Position numbers and translations under genes: made by a program
NCBI RefSeq assembly: GCF_000150275.1
Contig: NW_002060951.1
Coordinates: 188,775 to 252,774, forward strand
Length of the DNA stretch: 64,000 nt
Origin: Trichoplax adhaerens
Taxonomy: Eukaryota > Animalia > Placozoa
Direction of reading: 5' to 3'
Notes under the pieces: model-generated
Databases searched by the model: none
Told to the model about the DNA's origin: nothing
What the model saw: only the letters and a program-made list of their open reading frames with translations
Part shown: in pieces, positions 43,801 through 64,000 of the stretch
Numbering within the stretch: the stretch's first letter is position 1
How the letters are laid out: each line of letters begins with the position of its first letter

Positions 43801-45573
43801 TTTTCTAGAAATGCTCTGATCCTTCCTTCTACATGGGTATATGCTAATTTTTTTAGCTAAGTTACGGGTGGTACTTACGAGCCAATTTGCCTGAAACAAT
43901 TTATCACAGTAGAAATTTGCTTATAATTTATTAAGTAGCAAGCCATAATCGATAAGATGGCTTTACATTAGTTGATCTCTATATTGATGGGAAATAATAT
44001 AAATGGTATCTTCGTTTTATTGACGATTAAAATATCTTAGACAGATGTTTTTTGCCTGTCAACTAATTTTATACCCAATGTCGATAGAATATCGACGTAA
44101 GCTGTAGTATGCTTGCGATATTGATACCAGTTGCGCGCGTTATATTAGTATTATATTAGTTGCCGATAGTAGGCCGTGCAGTCACTCTTTTTTTAGAGTG
44201 TAGAAGTACTTCGTAGTTTTAAGTTTTTTTTATATTTTATCAGGTCTGTTAGTTATCAAAGTTGCCTTATTATTATTTTGAGCATCGTTTAATTGATTAA
44301 ATTGATTTAAACTTAAATATATTTTATATTAAATTGATCTGAACTTAAAAAAATTTTATATTAGTTGACGTTTGAAATATCTCAAGAAAATAAGTTGGTT
44401 AGATCAGTATTACAATTGTTTACGTGTAGAGATTAATAAGGACTAATACAATTATTAATTAATTGTTAATTTATTAGTTTTAATATTTTACTTTCATATA
44501 TTAACTAATTTCTTAATTAAAAGAATTGAATTACTGATAGGAAATCTTCAATCAAAAGATTATACTTCTTGGCAATTTTCTCTAACTGACTAGAAAAGAG
44601 CCAGAATTGTGTTTGCTACGTAGTAATTTGCACAAATTTACTAATTTGGTGTTGATATGATATTACTTTACAAACTGTAACTGGTATAGTATTTTACCGT
44701 AAAACTGAACAATAAAAACTGCAAAATTGATTTACGTCAACGTAAAATTCGTTGATTCTTTTCTCTTGTTTTGCCCGGCCGTTATATTTTATGTACCTAA
44801 AGATAATATAAGCTTCTTATTATTCATTCAGTGGCTGATCTTTAACTAGGCAAGTGGGGAATTTGCTGTCTTCACAGTGTTATAATCCTGTTGCTTTTTG
44901 CCGACGGATTGATAACTATGAATGTATGGATACGTGTATTTCAGCGGTAGGTAGTGTGAAATACTAGTATTTCAAAAGCTTTGAATAGCGTATTGAGTAC
45001 ATTTGCATGGACCTTATTTTTTTGCTGATGCCAGAATTTTTTCGAATTTAAACAGCATTCATTTGATTTTATACTTTTTCTATTGCCTATCTCGTAGCTT
45101 CTGCTTGATTTTGATTCATGATGAGTCCATTATCTAGCTGAAGGACATATGCAATTTACCCTTAAAGGTAATGATTTGGTTAGATTGAAAAGAGGCAATC
45201 TTTTCTACTGTATTTGTTTCGAAATATGACACGTATTCATCTGGATTTGCTAACTGCGAACTGCTATGCTCATCGTATCAGCTTGATTGAATTTAATATG
45301 CCGGCTTGCTGAGGTTGTTCAGAACCGCAAGTTCATAAGTAAACAATTTTATAAAATATGAATGTTTATAATAAATAACGGCGTAGAATAACGACCATAA
45401 GATAATTCTGATATGGTAAGACTAATCTTTTTATTATGGTAAAATCATACCGTTATTCAATATATCAGCGTTAGATGTTGTAGACTATGTTGATATCATT
45501 TCTAAGCGTAAAACTTTTAAAAATCATACGGAATACACTTTTGACCTAGATGAACATATTATTTGTCTGCACG

Positions 45574-45640
45574 ATACAAATGTTCCAGCTTAATTTATCT
45601 GCGTCAGCAGTTTCTAGTTAAGCCATCATACAATATGAAT
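45574..45640 (-). promoter_or_regulatory. SECIS element (type II) in the 3'UTR of the DEP-PH-GPx gene
   Basis: Minus strand reads UGUAU-AUGA-U-GGCUUAACUAG-AAA-CUGC-UGAC-GCAG-AUAAAUUAAGCU-GGA-ACA. This gives an AUGA/GA core, upper stem GGCUUAA/UUAAGCU, unpaired AAA about 11-12 nt above the core and an apical mini-stem CUGC/GCAG. It lies about 150 nt after the stop codon. Confidence 0.85.
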
Positions 45641-45788
45641 TTCATCTGAGATCATATCAAGCATTAGACGGTATGATTTTAATACGTTGAGAAAGCTGAT
45701 TACATGCTACTTCATTTTTCTAATAAGAAAAAAAATCTAGGTAAAAACATCTGTCAAATTAAGCCAATGTTTAGCGATGTGCCGGCTA

Positions 45789-48700
45789 CTATTTCAATAA
45801 CTCTTTAATAGTTTCTTCGATTTCCTGTAACAGTCATGTTATTTAAAAAGTTAACTATGTACATTGCAGAGACGAAAACGAGAAATTTGATTCTATTAAT
45901 ACTAATACAATAAATTAACTAATAATTAAAGTTATTGCATTTTTGATGCTTACTCATATTTAAACAAGCAAACAGATTTATGAAGGGATTATATTTACTC
46001 ACCAATGGCGCAGTTCTTGGTGAGTATCGTTGAACCGGTACGCCCTCTTTATTGCAGAGAAATTTACTAAAATTCCATTTAATAAAATTTCCTAATGTCC
46101 CTGGTAAACGAGATTTCAAATATTTATACAGAGGGAGAGCCTCTGATCCATTGACTTTAATTTTACTGAAGAGCTGGAATTCAGCGTTGAAATTTTTTTC
46201 TGCAAATTCTTTTATTTCTGCGTTAGACTTAGGTTCCTGATGAAATTATTAATGCAACAGTTATCCAATATTGCAATGTAATAAGAATCGCAATATAATT
46301 TAAATATCTATTTCAATGTTACGAATGATTGATTGTACGAAGACGAGGTTAGGGCTGACAATGAGCACATTTAAGCTAATGACATAATCGACATCACTAA
46401 ATCAATTTAAGGGATATTTTAATCAGTTCAGTGAAAATCTACTTCAAGTCAGGTACGATAGCAGCGAATGTAACATATGACAGTGCCTAGCATAGTACCA
46501 GGCATAGCATTAGTATCTCCGTATCTATAGTTTTACTAGAGCGAATGAGACTTATCAATTATAATTATTCTTAATGGATACAACCAATCATTAGCTTTTG
46601 TAATTCATACACATTGCGGTTAGTTCTATAGTATATATTTTTATAATTAAAAGGACTATGGTTGGCTGTGCCATATCAAACTAACATAACGTACAACATT
46701 TTGGAAGTAGTGAGGTTAATGTTTTCGGATGATTTCTGAAAAGTTACTAATTTGGCGCTTTAATACAGTACTATATGCTTAATTAATTCTACCAGGATTG
46801 ACTTACTTGATTTCCGAACTGGTTACAAGGGAAGCCCAGTATACGCAGTCCAGACTTCGCATACAGCACGTGCAGTTGCTGCAGTTGAGTGTAGTTCTTT
46901 TCCGTTAGCCCTCAAAAAGACGCTACATTCACGATTAGCGTTACATATCCTCTACATTGAAAATTAAAGCTCTAAATCAATACAAATCATGATACGTAAG
47001 TGATAATGTCATACAATCTTTTGCTCAATATACGTACTTATACTTCTCCAAGCTAATTTCATCACCGTCGATGGTATTGGCTTTAAATGGGTAAATATTT
47101 GGGGACTTCCCGATCTCTTCATTGATTTCCTATATTAGGGATAAGGGCATACCACTCATAATTAATTAATTGTTTATTAAGAAATGAATCAATTAATTAC
47201 CAGTTTCAATAAAAGTAATTATATTGTTAATAATTATAAGTTAGCCTTATAAAAAGTATTTTAACATTTAATTTCATCATTTCTAGAAAAATAAAAGACT
47301 ACTTACTTCTTTACTTCTACCTATTTTTACACCCATTGCTTCTAATTTCTTCATCCAAGCTAGCTGATCATTTTCATTTGGCACTAATAGCATCATATCT
47401 ATTATAACAATAATGCATATATAATGCATAAATGAGTTACGCACAAAATTTAATCTACTAGCGTTCATTACCTTAATCGATTTTATGATCAGGCAATAAT
47501 ATGTGCAGTTGTAACGTATTGAATACGTATTTATACTCAACGTATAGTATTACAGTATACTAGCGCAAACGCCATATACATACTGCTAATTCGCTTTCCG
47601 TTTTCAACATTACCTTGGTACTGACTTCCTTCATCGAATGTAATTTCTATGGCAGTGTCATCATTACTAGTTACTGAAGCAACGGTCATTTCTTTCAGAG
47701 GAAATGCCCGCTTCGGATACGGGTCCTAATCCAAAGTTTTAAGATATTCAGTATCTGTACAATAATCTCATGCTAATTTGTCTAGTAGTATATCATGGTA
47801 TCTTACCAATTCTGATCCATATTTGAAAAGAAATTCCTGAGATGGAGCGACAACATAAAAAGATCTTGAGTTCATAAACATGCCTTTTCGTTCCATATAC
47901 ATACTGTAAGATCCACATTCTCCGGTGACGGTTTTAGCAGATGGCCCCGTATTACTATTCGGAGGGTCTGGATATGGATACATTAAACAAAATTTTAGTG
48001 TGGAGTATTGTANNNNNNNNNNNNNNNNNNNNNNNNNNNNNNNNNNNNNNNNNNNNNNNNNNNNNNNNNNNNNNNNNNNNNNNNNNNNNNNNNNNNNNNN
48101 NNNNNNNNNNNNNNNNNNNNNNNNNNNNNNNNNNNNNNNNNNNNNNNNNNNNNNNNNNNNNNNNNNNNNNNNNNNNNNNNNNNNNNNNNNNNNNNNNNNN
48201 NNNNNNNNNNNNNNNNNNNNNNNNNNNNNNNNNNNNNTAGCCGTCTTTGAAATTGTGATCATCGACGACGGGATGGATAATACCAGTGTCTAAGATTTGC
48301 TGAAATATATTGATGGCAAATGAACAATCAATTTCATAGGTAGGCATATTTTATAGAGTAAAATTATTAGCACAATTAATTGGTAGCACAATTATTTTAT
48401 AAATTTTAAGAGTAGCGTACAAATACGAATAAAAAGAATAGTAAATCCATTATTTTGTTGCATAGATTTGTAATGTCTTTGTGTTGTAATTTTTCCTACC
48501 TGGCCAACTTTGATAGCTTCTTTGCGATCATCCGCCAAGTTTTCTTTAACAAACCAATCAACTGCTTCACTACCTATTTTCATCGATTGAAGGTTTTATA
48601 GTTAACAGTAACCATAATATATTGTATGTATCTATTACGAGAACATTTTATTGTTCAAAGATTATGTTACTGTATACGTTGCAATGATACAAAAGAGTTC

Positions 48701-49031
48701 TGTCTAATTGCGAAAGATATTTCCGTAATAATTCACCTATAAAACATTTGGCGTATGTTCTGAAATGGTAGATCCTGTCTTTGATAGAAATACCACTGGA
48801 TCCCCTAAGACGTTTAGCAATGTCTTCAGCCTGTATGCATTCATTGTAAAAAATTTTGAACGTGATTATGTTCGTTAGTACTTAAATTAATAACATATAT
48901 TAGTGACGATACAGTACTAAGCAATCGTCATTTGATGTAAAAATGGATTACTATAATAGTTATAGATTACAAATTGTACTTAATTAGCGGCTGAATACCT
49001 GTTCAACACTTAAGGTACAGGATGAAGACAT
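45789..49031 (-). CDS. DEP domain + PH-like domain + GPx4/PHGPx-like glutathione peroxidase fusion selenoprotein; exons 49031-48999, 48830-48737, 48573-48500, 48299-(gap), about 47967-47807, 47725-47614, 47398-47307, 47129-47038, 46951-46807, 46236-46003, 45824-45789
   Basis: DEP: [56 protein letters not shown]-like: [44 protein letters not shown]. GPx: [16 protein letters not shown](TGA 46914-46912)-[30 protein letters not shown]. The PH-to-GPx junctions are canonical GT-AG and in frame. The DEP-to-PH link spans a 225-N gap. Confidence 0.85.
48013..48237. other. Assembly gap (225 N)
   Basis: Run of N interrupting the end of the DEP domain exon. Confidence 1.
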
Positions 49032-50709
49032 TTTGCTAATCTTTCTTACAGACGAAGAAAGGAAACGCAACAATTTGACAGAAGATGAGATTTTCTAATC
49101 TCTAGTACCGTTTTAAGGAGAATGTTAAAATATAAGTTATACGCATGAGTATTTCTATGTAAAAATTTACCCTGTAATGTAACTGCAAAACATTTACGAA
49201 TTAATCAATTATTTAATATGGTAATTATACAGTATTATAATTCATAATCATATATATATATACACTGTACATAGAATATATATAATCGATCTTGCAGATA
49301 ATGTTGTTAATATTACTAATGACCTCTTTCGCGAGTCATGACCCCTAGAGACCTGCCCACCAAGAAGTCATGATGACGAATAGGTACTGTACATTTAGGG
49401 TACCAGTGATACGAGTAGAACACAGCACTCTAAGTATACTACCGTACAGTATATAGCACTGTCCTGTATTGGGGGCTATATAGCACCGCAACGTCTGTCG
49501 CACAAAGCATACGGTATATCAATGCAGGACCATACAATGATCATGCGTTCTCGTGTAATATTAGAATTAGGGAAAATAAAATAAAATAAATTAAATTAAG
49601 ATTAAAAATTTGATTTTAAATCGATAGTGTATGCCCTTAATTTAGGTTCAGCGTGTACTTCATTATGGGGCTACTAAGAAAGGAATAGTGATAGTATCAC
49701 TGCCGTACATTTGATTTGACCTAAAATTTTTGTGCTAGCTACTAATGACTTGTATGAGGTTAAAACTTGTTCCAAGAAAATCGCTGACTCACTCGTGTCC
49801 TTTCTACCATACAATCGTGCTAGCATGTCAGTATTTCATTTCGTATTTTAGGTTGCAATATTTCTTATGGTATTAAGTTCCAATAGCCACTTGTGAAATA
49901 TGACAGAATGTTGTATTATAAACACTACATTACTATACAGTATAAGAATGAGTAGAATGGATAATAGTCACAACACTACAGTACTGTACTCCAGTATTGT
50001 TTTTACATCACTCTTAACACTCTTAAGAAGGTTTATATAATTGGTAACTCTTTTTAAGATTCGTAGATACATATACTGTACTGTATACTAGTGTAATTAC
50101 TAGCGAAGGCAATTCGCTCTGTGAAAACCAAAGTGCAGGTTTCGTCGTGGGTTATTAAGGTAAAATACTTTTAACGGTCCCTGGTTTTGCATGTGATTAT
50201 TATTCTTAGGTTAAATAATAATTAATCATTATTTATAATTATTAGTACTTACTGCACAAAAGTGTTTATGTTGATTTCCAAGCTTCTAATCTGCTTGTCT
50301 GAAAGCCACGACACTGGTTTCAATCCTGAAATATCAGTGCGACACGCTTAAAAGATTCTGACGTTAGTATGCGCATGTGTGCACGGTATGGTTTTGCACA
50401 GTACAGTATGATGAACTGTAAATTACAGTACAGTCTCTGCAATTTAAAGTGTCACCTCAGTCCGGTTTGCACTGTGGCACTGTGGCAGTTCTGTTCAAAC
50501 GACTTTAGGTACTGTACTGTACACTGTACTGTACTGTACTGTACAGTGCACAGTACAGCGGTAGCCGTAAAGTACAGTACAGTACTGTACAGTACTTGCA
50601 AAGACAACCACTACCGACTGCCGATCAGTGATTAATACAGTACTGTACTGTACTATTAAGGGTACTATTTAACTGGCGTGGTGAGCCTTATACTGTACTG
50701 TACACTGTA

Positions 50710-50904
50710 CAGTAGTCCCAGCCATAATAACCCCTATTACTCAGATACTCATGCGTAAATAGCTTAAACGATGATACATTATTGTAAGAGTCTATAACTC
50801 AAATTTCATGCGATTATTCAAAGAGTAAGAGAATAATGTATCATCGTTTAAGCTATTTACGCTGAGTATCTGAGTAATCGGGGTTATTATGGCTGGGCCT
50901 ACTG
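50710..50904. mobile_element. Fold-back MITE with about 74-bp terminal inverted repeats and CAG...CTG ends (Tc1/mariner/pogo-like)
   Basis: Left arm cagtagtcccagccataataacccc..gatgatacattatt is the near-perfect reverse complement of the right arm aataatgtatcatc..ggggttattatggctgggcctactg; preceded by TA. Confidence 0.8.
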
Positions 50905-50911
50905 CACAGTA

Positions 50912-50959
50912 CAGTTTTCAAACAGCAGTGCTGTACTGTACGCTGCTGTTTGAAAACTG
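50912..50959. repeat. Short palindrome or mini-MITE with perfect 17-bp arms
   Basis: ta-CAGTTTTCAAACAGCAG-tgctgtactgtacg-CTGCTGTTTGAAAACTG. Confidence 0.7.
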
Positions 50960-53900
50960 TTCAGGCATACAGTAAAGTAGTGTAGCTTAAGGATGTGCAA
51001 AGTCAACCCGAAGCCGTATTTAAACCCGGACTCGAGAGCGGGGTTCGGGTTAAGAATTTCTGTTATGATACAGTGGTCATAGCGATTTGACTCATTTCGG
51101 GTTAGAATATCAACAATCGGATCGGGTTTTATCGGGTTCGGGCTGCCTTTTCACTCCATTGCACAACACTGGACTGTAGCCCTTAGTTAGGTCTTTAAAT
51201 TTTTAAGGTATTTACTTTAAATTTGAGTGAAATTTTACGAATACAGATCACTACAACCTTGAGCAATGGCACTTAGTATTTTATTATTATTTTTACTGCA
51301 TTACTGAGTTTTTTTATTTCTTTGAAATTTCGAATACAAACTATCAGTCACTGGTACGTGTACGGTCGGTTCAACCAGTATACAGTACTAGTCATGCTGA
51401 ATAGTGGTTGCGAAACACTGGTGTCTGGTAGAGTAGGGTAGAGTACCGTACTGTACACTGTACAGTACTGTACAGTATTCACTAGTCACTACTCAGTGCT
51501 ACAGTCATATGAGTCCTTCTCTCTTTCTGTACCGTGCCGCAATACGGTACTGTACTGTATTGTACTGTACTGTACTGTACATACTGTACTGTACATACTG
51601 TACTGTACAGTACAATGTACAGTTGGCGTCGTTCCCATCGAATAGCTGCATAATTATAACTTATGGTTTAATATGGCGACGTCCTGTAGATGTACGCAGT
51701 ACGCGTATACAGAAGTTATTGGATTTGGTTGACTACAATTGTTATACATTGTAAATTGTCAGATGTGTTAGGACAATCATTCTCTGAGAGCCAAAAGTGC
51801 TTGCTTGTTTGATAATGTAGTGTAGTACAGTATTAATGTTTTATTATTCTTGGAATTGCCGCAAGCAAAATTAAAACAATACTGTAGAGAAAACAAGTTT
51901 AAGAATAGTCTGTCTACCGCTACAATTGACAGATTGAGACAGTAAGACGGTTACCATGCTAATATGATAATACAAGTAGTGTATACTGTATGTTACTTTA
52001 AGTGCATATGCGCCACCTTTTCGGTGTAGCATTATTCGTATTATTTTGTTCGTAGGCATTCATAATTTTACATTGGACAGTATGTGCTTAAAATACGAGT
52101 AGTTTAGTTTTGGACGAAATGTAAAATGAAAGGTTGCATTATTTTAGTTGTACACTTGATGAGGGTATTGTGTCCAATGTCTCATCAGGCACTTCTCGAG
52201 GTTAAGAAGTCCAGGATACTAGACAAGAAGCTAAACAATTGGTACTGTGTGATGGAGTATTAGTGTCTGTGACTCTGTAGTATCCTCGGCCGAAAGTCTG
52301 AGTAATTGATAAAGGATTAATCTCCATATGCGTACTCTGTGCTGAGCTTGATAGCGTCAAAGTAGGTCAAAAAAGCCGGAGTATAGTGCTGATTAAATAT
52401 TATTAACTTCGATATGCTATTATCGTAAGATATGATCAATTCCACTATACTGGACACATACAGTATATGATGTAGGACACTGGCAGATTCTATGTGCGGT
52501 AGCGTAGGGCTGTTGAGAAACATTGTTAGATAACCGTTTGTTTAAATATTTTGCCTGAAGGTGCACAAAGTCTGAAGGAAAATAGTAATTCATTCAGAGA
52601 CCCTAATTACCCCCCTAATCATCATCAGCTGTTTCACTGTTAGCCAAGGATTGATGTACTTGTATAGATATTTGAAAGGCGTTTATCTTTTAATTATAAC
52701 TATTCCATTCGAAAGTGGTGTAATATTACTTACTTACTATCAGTCTACCACCGATATAATGTTTAAATATATATAGGAGTTTTCGATGCAAAACTCAATC
52801 TTTCCCTCTAGTGAAAGATCATTTAGTTTTCACTATATTTTGCAATCTAGTACTTGACTGTCATTACAAAGGGCTGCCCTGGCTTCGTAATAATACTGTA
52901 ATAAGAATAATATTATTATATAATGATGCAAAAAGGTAGTTTTAGCCATTTAGGCAGAATCCAATCATGCATGAATTAAAGTGAGCAAATTTAAGTCAGT
53001 ACGACAGTAAGTTTTCAAAAGTGCCTGAACCAATATTGTAGGAAGCTGGACACTTCGTTCTAGAAAAGGTTAGGCATTAAAAAAAATGTTCGCTTTGTGT
53101 CGAACCGTAAATAAATAAGACTACATTTGCCTTCGGCAAGTTATTATAAGATTTCCCAAGCATGTATACGAAAGTAGCGTATTGAATAGTGCACTGCTAT
53201 GCAGTACACTGGTATGTACAGTAAATGTTTACTAATGTCGTTGGCTGTTTACAAACCAGTAGTCTTGGTGTCTCCTCATTTAAACCGTACGGCTTACGAT
53301 TATGATTACTGTACAGTACAGTACTGTACTGTATGTACACTACATTGTACTGTAAAGTACAGTACAATATGATGTTGAGTTTACAGTAAGTTACTGTAAT
53401 TCACTACAGTACAGTATACTGTACAGTACTGTACGGTACAGTATATCAGAAATACGGATTGCGCCCGTGCAAAAATTTTAGATAGTGTACAGTACTGTAG
53501 CTTTGCTGTACAACTGTACAGTACTGTAGCTCTGTACTGTACAGAATTTCTCAACAGAGTCATTGTACTGTACACTGTACAGTACGGTACAGTACAATAG
53601 GGTCTACCCGATCTACCGTAATATTTACTGTTTTAACTGCAAATCGGAAGACCCATTTTCTTCTCAGCGGCATGCCATTCATTTACTTTGCAAATTTTTT
53701 TGTAATGATTCACAAGTATCTTTTTATTTTGGTCATTGAATCACATATAGTATTCTAACAAAAACTGCAAGTAGCTTCGTGTTTTATTTATTGCTGTATG
53801 GGATACCGTATATTACTCTATTACAGTATTTAAACTATTACGAGAGTTGCAGCCAAAGCTTGCTAAGCTAAACGTGATTCATTTATCAGATTACTCATGC

Positions 53901-54591
53901 ATTTTGCCATCTAGAAATACATAAAAATAATACCCAATTGCGTAAGGTACAGTACAGTACTGTAGACTATATAGTGTACGCTGAATTTACTATATTTTAG
54001 ATAAAGTCAACTTGGCATAGGGTATCCTTCACCTCTTGATAGATATCTTGATATGAGTTAAACAATCTGTATGTACAGTAAGTACTCGTATACCCTTAAT
54101 AAAAAGTTAAAAAGTTTTCAATGTGTTAGATTTGTGTAATCGTGCGGAATGCAAAATTGGATGAGCATAAGATTATATTTAACTGATATGAAAATATGTG
54201 AGTTAGCCAGCACATGTAAAATCGTAATTCATACTGTTGTATGCACTGAAGAGTTAATGAGTGACGTCTAAATAACGCCTAGACCAGGATAGCAAAGGTG
54301 GCAAAGGAAAATGACTAAAGAACTATTACCAAATCTGCTATTATTATGCATATTAGGCTCACTATGCGGAATGGATAATTAGCTGCACAGGTCGAGGGGG
54401 GCAATCATCTCCGTCATCATTGTGCTATTATTATTACCATTATTAATGCCCTTTTTAGATATGCCAAAGCCGAGCTAAATATAATAAACAACAAGAAGGT
54501 AGAGGATGAAAGAGATTTTTTATTAAAAGGAAGAGAATAAGAAAGCGCACGCGCATACCTATTAATGTTTACAAAGCTTCAAGTCCGCTGA

Positions 54592-62692
<8,101 letters not shown>

Positions 62693-64000
62693 TGATTTGT
62701 GTATGAAATATAATTATTGATGAAAAGTAATATATACAATATAAAGTATGTTATTTGTATAAATTGGCGTCTTAACATGCTGTTGATCCCTGTTTAACGT
62801 TTGTATCATATATATCGATTACCGTAATAGAAAAATGGATATGACATGTCATTTGCCTCTATTTCATGTTTCCATAGAATGACTGTACTTTATTTATTAG
62901 TTATAATTATTGTTGAAGCCGGTCTTTATTGAGCTTGTTCGTAAACTAATGTGTATACGTGTGTTATTTATTATATTAGCTACAGTACATATTTATATCA
63001 TATAACGAAAGATTTCTTAATTATTTTCACTTTGGCCCACTATGTCATATCTATTACACTATTGATATAATTCTTGTCTGTCTTTTCTAAAGCAATCTTT
63101 GTTGCTTGTACTATTTATTGCGGCTTTATAAGTTATAATAGACGCGCATTTTGTGTTTATTTGATACCAATTTGTCAGCTTATACGGTAAGGTGAATATC
63201 ATTAGAAACAATTAAATTGCAGCTATAATGTTCCGTTTGTTAATTTCATCTATACCAACATATACATACATGTAGCTGTTACGCTTCCTTCATTGATTCC
63301 GTTTGAGTCGTTGCTTAAGTTTATGATCACATCTAAAGTAAATAACTGTATTACAATTGATGATCTGTAGCTATTCCTACAGTATTGATCGTGTGCGCTT
63401 TGTATAATGTATGCCATATTTTTGAAGTCTGTTTTATATCTGTTTATCATAATGCGACTACTACTAAAGATTGTACTAAACTGTGAGGATAGTTTGAACG
63501 ACGAAAAGTATTTTATATGACTGGTTTAAAATTCAATGATTTACGTTGTAACTGTTATGACATCATATGCATAAAAGCGATCTCGTTTAATATCGTGAAC
63601 GAAATCTAACCTCAATATTAAATTATATAATTTGTAATGTATTTTACCCATGGTTCGATTCCTAAAATTGCAATAAAGATCCTAAGTTTGATAAGAATCA
63701 TTACGTGTCACTATATCGGATTGTTGCTTTTTAATAATGCATAGAATTTCGTTGTATTCATTGCTCGCTATATTACTTTCACTCCTCACACAATTCCGTA
63801 CTCTCTTTAATACTGCACAGGAATACGGAACTTGAATATTTTTGATAGTGTCTAGTACTAGTAATGTAGTTATGAAGCAGAATATATCATAATACAAGTA
63901 TCGATTTCAAATACAGTGTTACCATTACACCTGACTCAATAAATGTGATTGAATTGGTTATAAAAATTGTGGAATTCTTATTACCTAAATGTCATAGACC

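Noticed and set aside
45118-45190. ATGATGA...CTGA resembling a C/D-box snoRNA
   Set aside because: No terminal stem or final D box, no recognisable rRNA guide, and not in an identified host intron
46912-46914. Interpreting the GPx TGA as a pseudogenising stop
   Set aside because: It occupies the catalytic Sec position and a SECIS is present downstream
10600-49031. Functional G-protein signalling cluster (PHF24, GPCR, DEP protein)
   Set aside because: The genes are far apart, eukaryotic adjacency is weak evidence, and no synteny data are available
63682-63897. Minus-strand ORF at the window end
   Set aside because: TTG start with an in-frame stop just upstream and no recognisable domain

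Overview
AT-rich eukaryotic DNA with short GT-AG introns. The style suggests a compact early-branching animal genome such as a placozoan, but that is inference only. Five protein-coding genes can be rebuilt by hand with phase-consistent splice sites: (1) a 15-exon kinesin-motor/CCDC78 coiled-coil gene (+, 505-7278); (2) a PHF24/GINIP-like N-myristoylated PHD + 4 EF-hand gene (-, 10600-13980); (3) a single-exon rhodopsin-class GPCR (-, 37294-38436); (4) an 11-exon DEP-PH-glutathione peroxidase (GPx4-like) fusion selenoprotein with an in-frame UGA at the catalytic position and a 3'UTR SECIS element (-, 45789-49031); (5) a 7-exon ZSWIM4/5/6-like gene (+, 54595-62692). Repeats include five solo-LTR-like elements of two families, all with perfect 5-bp TSDs, plus a diverged third family and palindromic MITEs. 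Dense TACAG/TACTG/TACGG arrays at about 49.3-58.6 kb resemble stacked Tc1/mariner excision footprints. There are two assembly gaps. The most striking item is the DEP-PH-GPx selenoprotein, a putative membrane/receptor-targeted lipid peroxidase that the ORF track breaks into fragments.
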